From Neoconidiobolus thromboides FSU 785 (lineage: Eukaryota; Fungi; Entomophthoromycota): a stretch of 64,000 bases of DNA. The notes under the pieces are model-generated. The model was not told where the DNA came from. It did not search any database and saw only the letters and a list, made by a program, of their open reading frames with translations. Positions 1 through 8,930 of the stretch are shown here, in pieces. The DNA lies in assembly GCA_025603075.1 (NCBI GenBank), contig MU626326.1:1-64000 (forward strand), written 5' to 3'. Positions within the stretch are counted from its first letter, which is position 1. The number at the start of each line of letters is the position of its first letter. The translations under genes and the position numbers were made by a program.

Positions 1-1413
1 TAAATTCTCTGTTATCTTCGTAAGGTAAGCTGGGATTGATCTTTTAATTTTTCTATTTTCTATAGACTCTATAACTCTAATTGGAACTATATCGCTTTTT
101 TTGATGTATCGGATACTGTATAACAACGTAGTTTGTTGTTATGTTTAATAAAGTGTAAATACTTCTTAATGCCCTGCATCTCTATTATTCTTTTTGTATT
201 TTTGTTTCTTTTATACTTTTTAAAAATTATATCTGTTTTCTCATTATTAACAGTCGAGTTATTAATTTTATTATGCTCACAAATAAAAGCCTCAAATCTT
301 GAAATTAATTGATCAATATCTTCTATTTTACCTAGTGCTTCAAAACTACTTTTCCATTTTGAAAGATTTCCAAAATATCTATCAACTATACTTTTTCCAT
401 GATGCTCAGCAAAAAAATTAAGATTAACATTCAAACTACTATTTATTTTATGAATTTTTTAAACATATAATGCAGGAACTTCTGGGATTTAAAATGATTT
501 CCTGTATCTACTCATATATTAGTTTTTGTAAACTTTTTAAATAAAAGCTTTGTAGAGATTAAATCGATTAAACAATCTCGTACATATGGGGATGTATTTT
601 TGTGTTTAAGAATTTTACTAACAAATCTTCCGCTTAAATAATGCTTAAAAAATGGAAAAAACAATGAAGTCAAAAAAAACACTCTCATATGCTGAATCAT
701 GATTTAATATTTCAGATAGATAATCAAAGTAAACTTTGCCTGTTGTTTTATCATCTTTTAGATATAAAACACCAAAACTCAATACTGATATAGCTTGTTT
801 ATTATAATAACCTAAATTTATTGAACCTGGTTTTGTTGCTATTTCCATATTTTGTTTAAAATCTAAAATTCTTATACAACTTCTATTATTTAATTTTTTG
901 ATAGTTTCATTAAATGTGTTTTTTTTAAGTATCAACACAGAATTTATGTAATTTGTATAATTTTTCCTCTTCATTAGAAACTTCTTCTATCTCTATTTCG
1001 TTTTCAAATAACTTTTTTCTAACTGTATACTGGACACATATATTACATAGATCCGTTTTTCTTGCTGCATTTTTGAAATTATTTGCTATATATTTAAGAA
1101 ATGCTGACCTAGCTACTACTTTATCTTTTAAATCATTAAAATATTTACTGTATATCATTCTTCTACTTTTATTTAATATATATATTATCTGATGAATATT
1201 TACTATCATTATTTTTTTTATTAAATCTTGATGAAATAGTTGAATCATTTAGTAAAGATTGTATAATAGTTTCAATTTGCTCATCTTTAATTTTTTTGTA
1301 TTTTTAATAACAGGTTGTAATGTTGATATTTTACTACTATTATTACTTATTTTTGAATAATCATATTGATTTCTATTTATATTAAACTCAAAACTTTTAC
1401 ATTCATCAAAAGA
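1..1413 (-). pseudogene. DDD transposase pseudogene (frameshifts, stops, MITE insertions at 588 and 1418)
   Basis: Motifs KTDLCNIC, ILDFKQN, I*VDTGNHF and FFAEHHGKSIVD in ORF pieces 87-434, 645-974 and 925-1248; roughly 90% identical by eye to 49420-50660. Confidence 0.8.
588..686 (+). mobile_element. ~99-bp MITE
   Basis: GGGGATGT...CACTCTC with ATAT/ATAT TSD; the empty site (single ATAT) is visible at 50107-50110 in the paralogous transposase. Confidence 0.9.
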
Positions 1414-1417
1414 ATAT

Positions 1418-1516
1418 GGGGATGTATTTTTATGTTTAAGAATTTTACTAATAATTTTTCCACTTAAATAGCGCTTAAAAGATAGAAGAAGTGATGAAGT
1501 CAAAAAAGACACCCTC
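1418..1516 (+). mobile_element. ~99-bp MITE
   Basis: Family consensus, ATAT/ATAT TSD. Confidence 0.9.
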
Positions 1517-1631
1517 ATATACTGAAGCTATAGTTGATAATAATGCTACTTATTAATTTTTATTTTCTGTTTCCCTCAAAGCACTAATTTTATACATTGC
1601 TTGATTAATTTTATTATTATCGATAGTAAAC

Positions 1632-2095
1632 TGTGAAATCTGGTACTCAGGGTTTGGAGTCAAGAATAGCTATTGCTGGGTTGACTACACTATAAGTCGA
1701 AAGGTCTTAGTTTATGTGACTAAGATAGACTTAGATTATGAGAAATAGCACGTAATAGGTTACAAGCTATATAAGACAAATAGAATAGATAATATTAATG
1801 TAAAATCTACGAAAAATACTATTAAGAAAACTTAGTGGCTTTATTAAATGTTCGAGATATCAGTAAATAATTCAGTTAAGAAGCCTCGAGCTATTATGTT
1901 TTAGAATCTCTTTTACACTCCGATAAGTATAAATATCAAAACGAGAGGAGAATATTCTTTGAGACGAAGATAGAAATTCTCATAACAAATCAAACTAAGA
2001 ACGTGGAATTGATTTTCTCTGAACTCGAGAACACAACAGCTTAGGCGATTGTTATGTTATAATTAACCATGGGACTGACAAAGCGATATTTCACA
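1632..2095 (-). mobile_element. 464-bp solo LTR (TGTGAAAT...ATTTCACA)
   Basis: TG...CA ends with 8-bp inverted termini; TATA-like then AATAAA in the sense orientation; flanks AAAC / GAAG. Confidence 0.8.
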
Positions 2096-2517
2096 GAAGT
2101 TAATCCAAATTTTAAATTTTAAATTTATATATGATGTGATGGTTAAATCTAAAAAGCCTAAATTAAATCTCTCTACTTAAAACTTATTTTAATTGTTTCC
2201 TTTTCTTAAATAGTTAATTTTTCTAACTACATATTTTACGTTATTTCTGTTAAGTATTTAGTAAATATATAATATATAATTATATAATTATATAAATACA
2301 GCTATTTGGCTTTATTTTTTGTTGAAATAAAAGTAAAATACAAACTTTCATAGCTAAACTTCGAAATAGAATTTTTGAAAATTTCAATACAATAGGGAGG
2401 AGTACACAATATAAACATTGTAATTCATTTACATCAATTTTAAGAGCTACTTATAATAACCCAGGGTTTATGGAATTTATAATAAAGCAAAACAAAGAAA
2501 AGACATTATGAAAGTTT

Positions 2518-2981
2518 TGTGAAATATCGCTTTGTCAGTCCCATGGTTAATTATAACATAACAATCGCCTAAGCTGTTGTGTTCTCGAGCTCAGAGGAAA
2601 TCAATCCCATGTTCTTATTTTGATTTGTTATGAGAATTTCTAGCTCTATCCAAAAGAATATTATCTTCTCATTTTGATATTTATACTTTTCAGAGTATAA
2701 AAGAGTTTACAGAGTATAATAGTTCGAGGCTTCTTAACTGAATTATTTACTGATATCTCGAACATTTAATAAAGCCACTAAGTTTTCTTAATAGTATTTT
2801 TCGTAGATTTTACATTAATATTATCTATTCTATTTGTCTTATATAGCTTGTAACCTATTACGTGCTATTTCTCATAATCTAAGTCTATCTTAGTCACATA
2901 AACTAAGACCTTTCGACTTATAGTGTAGTCAACCCAGCAATAGCTATTCTTGACTCCAAACCCTAAGTACCAGATTTCACA
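2518..2981 (+). mobile_element. 464-bp solo LTR, inverted relative to 1632-2095
   Basis: Same family; flanks GTTT / CTTC; last ~255 bp differ from the 1632 copy at one base. Confidence 0.8.
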
Positions 2982-3534
2982 CTTCTAAGTAAATTCTGAA
3001 ACCAATTCGGACAACCCCATATAATTAATTTAATAATAACTGTTACTGATTATTAAATTAAGCAATATCTTTAAGTATTAATTTTATTAATTAATAAAGA
3101 ATTAGTTTTTATATTAGATAATAATAATACAAAATTTTAACTATTTTAATATATAAACTATTGTATTAACAGCTTTATAAATAATTTAACTATAACTTAT
3201 ATAGTAAATTTAGCTTTAAATGATTTTACAACTGAAAATTATTACATTTTGAATTCAAGTACAATCAATTCAAAGTTTTTTTATTAAAATTTGTCATAAA
3301 AGTTTTTAGCACTTAATTGTAAAAAATATCTTTATACTTTAATGTCTATATTTGACAGCTATAATAAAAAACGATTATTATTGTATTTCTTATATATAGC
3401 CACCTAGTTAAAATATAAAGAAATTCCTTAATATAGTAATTTAAGGCTTTTAACTAAATTGTTCCTTAATGGTATGCTTTTTAATAAAATCACTAAATTT
3501 TATAATATTATTTATTTTATATAGTTTATTATAT

Positions 3535-3633
3535 GAAGGTGCTTTTCTTGGCTTCATTGTTTTTTCCATTTTTTAAGCACTATTTAAGTGGAAAAATTGT
3601 TAGTAAAATTCTTAAACATAAAAATACATCCGT
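3535..3633 (-). mobile_element. ~99-bp MITE (diverged)
   Basis: Reverse-orientation consensus, ATAT/ATAT flanks. Confidence 0.8.
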
Positions 3634-3878
3634 ATATGCTAGCTTTACTGGTTTAAGTTTATTTTGATTATATAAACTAGAGCTTTTTAATTTAGAACCA
3701 GTTAAAAAAAAACTGTTTTTTACTAGTTATTTAATATTGACTTTTATAAGTATTAATTGATGTTTTTATTTTATGCTTAAAATCATTAGAGTTTTATATT
3801 TTATTTAAAGATAAGTTTTTAAATTATTAAATTATTAAATAGAACATAAATACTGCTTGACTTTCATTATTTCTATTT

Positions 3879-3976
3879 GGGGATGTATTTTTATGTTTAA
3901 GGATTTTATTAACAAATTTTCCGCTTAAATAGCGCTTAAAAATGGAAAAAATTGTGAAGTCAAAAAAAACATTCCC
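3879..3976 (+). mobile_element. ~99-bp MITE
   Basis: ATTT/ATTT TSD, showing the 4 flanking bases are a target duplication and not part of the TIR. Confidence 0.9.
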
Positions 3977-4024
3977 ATTTATTGTTATTTTTTTAGTTAA
4001 ATTTTCAAAATTTTGATAACATAT

Positions 4025-4108
4025 AAGGGTATTTTTTTGGTTTTAGTAGTTTTTCCACTCAAATAGCGCTTAAAAAATGAAAAAAGTAGTGGTCAAAGAA
4101 ACATTCCC
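4025..4108 (+). mobile_element. MITE, internally deleted/degenerate
   Basis: Retains CCACTCAAATAGCGCTTAAAAAATG core and ...ACATTCCC end. Confidence 0.7.
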
Positions 4109-4470
4109 ATTTAATAAAAAATGAGTAAAAAATTTTAGCTAACTATTTATAACAAATTAAAGAATTTTAATTTTAATTTTAATAGTTAACAAAGTTATAA
4201 ATAAAAGAATAATATACAATAAGTAAATCATATAAAAAATTGATAAAAAATAATATAATTAAAAAATAAAATAAGTTTATTAAAATTATACATAATAAAA
4301 GTTAAAAAGAAAAGTCATTACAACAAAAAGTTTTTTTAATATTTGATATTAAAGTGTTATATAAAGCACATTGTTAGTTATGATTTTTTACTATAAACAA
4401 CTAATTTAAAAACTTTTATAGCTTTTTTACTAAGCATTAACTTTTATAACTTATAAATTCAAGTATTAGG

Positions 4471-4932
4471 TGTGAAATCTGGTACTCAGTGATTGGAGTC
4501 GAAAGCAGTTATTGCTTGGTTGCCTATGCTGTAAACCGAAAGGTCTTAGTTATGTGACTAAGATAGACTCGAATTATGAACAATAGGACGTAATAGGCTA
4601 CGGACTATGTAAGACAAATAGAATAGACAATACTACTATAAAATATATGTGAAACACTATCAGAAAGATTTAGTGGCTTTATTAAAGGTACAATATCAGA
4701 GAATAGTTCAACTAAAAGCCTTGAGTTATCATGTTCTAAAATCTCATTTATACTTTAACAAGTATGGCTGTCAAGACAGCAAGATAATGTTCTTCGGAAT
4801 TACATGACAAAAATTCTCATAGCAAATCAAAATAAGAGCTTGGGGTTGCTTGTGCCTGAACTCGAGAACACAATAACTTAAGTAATTCTTATATTATAGT
4901 CAATCATAGAGCTGACAAGGTGGTATTTCGCA
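4471..4932 (-). mobile_element. Diverged solo LTR of the 464-bp family
   Basis: TGTGAAATCTGGTACT start, ATTTCGCA end, colinear with 1632-2095; TSD no longer recognisable. Confidence 0.75.
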
Positions 4933-5415
4933 GTATTAACAAATAAATTTTAATCATATTTAATAAACTTTGTATTAGAACAAAACTTTATGAATATTAA
5001 ATTTGCTATCAGAATATTATAATCAAATATAGTTTATTTAAATTAATAAAAAAAATTAAACTTTTTCAAACTTTATTTATATTGTTTTATAAAGTTTTCA
5101 AAAGATAAAAAAGTTTTTGAAAGCAAAAGCTATGTTCAATAATGATTGACAATAATTGATTGTTATAAACGCTTTGTAAAAAACAAAAGAAACTAATATT
5201 TACAAATAGACTAAATTTAATATATAGTTATAGCCTAATCTTTTTGTTAAGCAGCTTATTGTGTGGCCAGCTGCTACTTGTTTAACCACTTCAAGACTTA
5301 ACTATAATTCAAAAGCAAAAAGGCTCACCTGAATAATCACTCAACTTTTTTCCTTTTTTCCTTTGTATTAAATAAACCATTTGTCCATAAGGGCTTAAGA
5401 TATTCAGAAAAACAT

Positions 5416-5510
5416 GGGAATGTTTTTTTGGTTTCATCAGTTTGTCATTTTAAGCACTATTTGAGTGGAAAGATTGTTAGTAAAACTATTAAACAAAAAA
5501 ATATATCCCC
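5416..5510 (-). mobile_element. ~99-bp MITE (diverged)
   Basis: Reverse-orientation consensus. Confidence 0.8.
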
Positions 5511-5602
5511 ATACAACTATAAAAGTAGTTTATTTAATAAAGCTCCGAGGTTCTTGGCATTAAGGTATTTAAACTCTAATTTAATTATATCTTTACATAA
5601 TA

Positions 5603-6208
5603 TCATACATATTTATAAGGATAACTAAAGCTATGAGACAACTTAATAATTTGATTATTGTTTAGTCTATTGAGCATAATTGGTAAATAGTCATCATTCA
5701 CTTTTCTGAAATGATTTTCATAATGCTAATGATTTTATTTTATTTTATTTTTTGGTTATATAATTTTATATTACCTCCAATAAGTGAGTAAAGTGTAGTT
5801 CAGATTGAGGATTCAACCCTTCTATTAAAAATATAGATTTAAAAGTACTCAATTCAATCATAAGTGTATCCAACCTTGCGTGTAACTTTTTTGCAATATC
5901 ATACTTTAAATAGAGCAATAAAAGGGGATAGAGACCTTTTTCTTCAAATAAATAGTAAATTGAAACTACGAAATTTAATACTTTTGTTTTTGTGGAGACA
6001 TGTTATTATTACTTTTTAATATTATGCTATTTAGAAATATAGAGCGGGGAACTTTCTTGAAATCGTCTTTTTGGAAGACTCGATACATATACGTGATATA
6101 ATCATAATCCTTTTTTATCGCAACATCAAATCGATCATCTTTAGAATGGGTATACATCCTATGGTTAAATAAGTTATAAACCCAACTTAAACTAGCATCA
6201 CTTTCCAT
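5603..6208 (-). CDS. Hemerythrin-like (HHE) paralog with substituted metal ligands; introns 5966-6012 and 5726-5774; last exon uncertain
   Basis: Spliced reading MESDASLSWVYNLF...DVAIKKDYDYITYMY...ILKISIYYLFEEKGLYPLL...HYENHFRKVNDDYLP aligns with 7267-7997 and has the same intron positions and phases. Confidence 0.6.
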
Positions 6209-7266
6209 TGTTTAATTTTTTAAATCATAAAAACCAAAAGCAAAAAGTTGTATTTTAAAAACTCATCTTATATCACTTTATAAGATGTTTTTATAATGAT
6301 TTGACACCACTTAGTATTTAGCACTTTAAAATCTAATCTATGCCAAAGTATGACATGTGGTAAACGTTATATTATAAGAGCAATAAAGAAGTTACAAAAC
6401 TGTAAAAATATAGTCTAAATTGTAATATAAATATTCAATATAGTTTTTATAATAGTATAGTTCGTTATCCGAGATATTAAATCTGCAAAATATGATATAA
6501 TCATAGGTACTGAACTATTATATATAAAATGTCAATTTAGAAACAAATGAGTTTAAATATTGGAAAATAAATTGACTAAAGCTCCAAATATCTTTAGTTT
6601 TGATGAAAAAGTCTGTTTCAAATACTGAGTTTTAAAAATTACAAGAATTTATAAGCAGAGTGTGATGCTTATTTTAAAAAAAGTTATTGTTTTACTTAAA
6701 ATTCCATGCTTGTGATTTCTAGTCTATTAGATTCTGGTGTTTTTAAACGGAATGGCTAAGTTAAATTTGTGTCCATCTCATAATTTAGATGGAAAATAGA
6801 CTTGATTCCTTATATTTGTGATTCTAAGCTTTATTATATATACTTATATAAAAATATAGAGTAATGCCATCTTTTTAAATATATCCCTGATAATCATACA
6901 CAAATAGGCATATAAGAAATTTAGACGCTTCATCCTAAGTAGAGCTCATCTATATATTTTTTAACTTATACTGTGCTTTAGGTTTATAAGTATACTAATA
7001 TATGATACCCAGCAAAAATTATATCATTAAATTATAGCTTTATTTATGATTGAATTATTACTCTCTCCCTTTAAATAAATTTTTAGCTTTAACTGCAAAA
7101 TCATATCATTAGAAATTTGACAGTATACAATTCTAGTTTAATAGCCCATAAATTAATTATTAATATTTACTAGTATTGATAAAATAGTACTTTATATATT
7201 TGGTGCTTTGAAGTTTTAATAGAAAATGTTTATAAAGCTTTATTAAGCAATGAATAGAGTGAGATT

Positions 7267-7997
7267 CTATTCTCCCAAAATCGGATTATCTGGAGCCAAA
7301 GGGTTAATTCTATTTAAATATTAAAGTGTTAATAAACTATATTTAAAAGATGATACTTTTTGATATCAACCTTTTTAAACTCTAAATACGAGTTTAATAA
7401 AGATCTCTGCTCCTTTTGGGTTAACTCTTTTAAACAGGTTGGCATTTGGTAGTTCTCTTCGTCTCTTGCATGAATTTGGAATTCCTAAATCTAAATTTAA
7501 TTTTATCACAGTAATATATTTTTACATCAATGATTTCATCTAACCCTTTTTCGAACTCGTCACATATACCTTTTTTACCATATAATAGACTTAAATTATA
7601 CATATCGTTGCATAACTTTCGATGCTCTTGAAGCAGTTTCATTGCACTTTGTTCACCAAGAATTTGAAGTAGTACTGGGTATATAATGGTTTCTTCTGTT
7701 ATACAATGTGAGGATACTAATAATTAGTTACTTAATATACTAAACATAAAAAGTCTACAATATTAGATGGTCGAAAATACTTCATGTTAATTTTACCTTA
7801 CTCAATGCTACCATCTCATTTATATATTTCTTTTTCTCTGATTGAGAATTGGACTTTAATTTACTTAACTTATAAAGGTAAATTATACAGTCATGCTCTT
7901 TTTTTATAGCAATATCTATACTTTCTCCGTCTGAATGCTCAAATAACTTTAAGTTAAATATTTCATGTAACCAATTGGAATTATCAAAGGTAGACAT
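7267..7997 (-). CDS. Hemerythrin-like HHE cation-binding protein; introns 7717-7801, 7485-7525 and probably ~7311-7354
   Basis: Spliced reading ...IDIAIKKEHDCIIYLY...LISSHCITEETIIYPVL...LLQEHRKL...EFQIHARDEENYQMP...NPLAPDNP; H, HxxxEE, H, HxxxEE ligand pattern. Confidence 0.7.
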
Positions 7998-8930
7998 TTT
8001 ATATTTTACTTGTATTAAAAAGTATCAAAATAATGTTCAAATACCTTTTATAGTTTAAAAATCTGTAATTTTTATTAACGTAAATAAAATGCAATTGTTC
8101 TAGATAGATCATTGAGATGTAACTTAGTCATAAGTTCAATTTGTTAGTTACATTAAAAATAATATAAGTGCTTATAAAAAAGATCGAAACACTCATGCAA
8201 TATGGTTTGGAAACCACTTATATGAAAATTCTTATCAATTACGACTATATTTATAAAATGAAAAAAGTATAGAATAACTCTAACTTTGTGTCCTCCTTTC
8301 TACTCTGTTAGCGCTTTATCTTTATTTTTATCATTTTAATTGATAATTAGGGGTTTCGTAATATTATAAAACTTTATTGCCACTTCAAAGCCATCCTTTG
8401 ATCACTAATGCTTTTTAAACTAGAGGCTTTGAACTTTACCAGATACATATTTTAAACTTAGTTATTAATAAACAACCATTTCAAATTATTTTTTTATTAT
8501 ATTTTTCGTGAGGCAATGCGATTTTTATTTTTTAATAGTCACCGTTTTGAACATTTATCCTACTTTTTAAAAGGAATAATTTATGTCTTTATAAAAAGCA
8601 TTTTGCTATAACAAAAATTCGAATGTTCTTTAACTCTTTTCTTCAAACATACTCTCATGTCTTTCTTTAGCACTATGATCTTATATATATCAATAATTAA
8701 CATAGAACTTCAATATTAAAAAGTTAATAGCTATTTAAAGAGAAAATAGTGATGAGCAAAGTGATTTTTAGTATTTTAAGTGACAATTACCTACGGTGTG
8801 TTTGTAGGTATTTCAATGAAATTGTTATACAAGCATTAAGAAAATGGAAACAATCACTAACCGTTTGCTCTAGCATGGCTGTTATTTTTATTTGAAATTC
8901 TACTTTATTTAGCTTCAACTTTGAAAATAT

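Larger units (their letters stand above)
1..3018 (-). mobile_element. Degenerate Sola-like (probably Sola2-type) DDD DNA transposon, copy 1; 5' TIR at 2997-3018, 3' end runs off the window
   Basis: Transposase remnants at 1-~1400; terminus reads GGGGTTGTCCGAATTGGTTTCA on the minus strand, flanked by ATAT (3019-3022), and matches the terminus at 48891 (20/22). Confidence 0.7.

Noticed and set aside
512-514. TGA-as-Trp recoding suggested by the shared transposase TGA
   Set aside because: TGA terminates an intact gene here (41865-44264), and no conserved gene needs readthrough.
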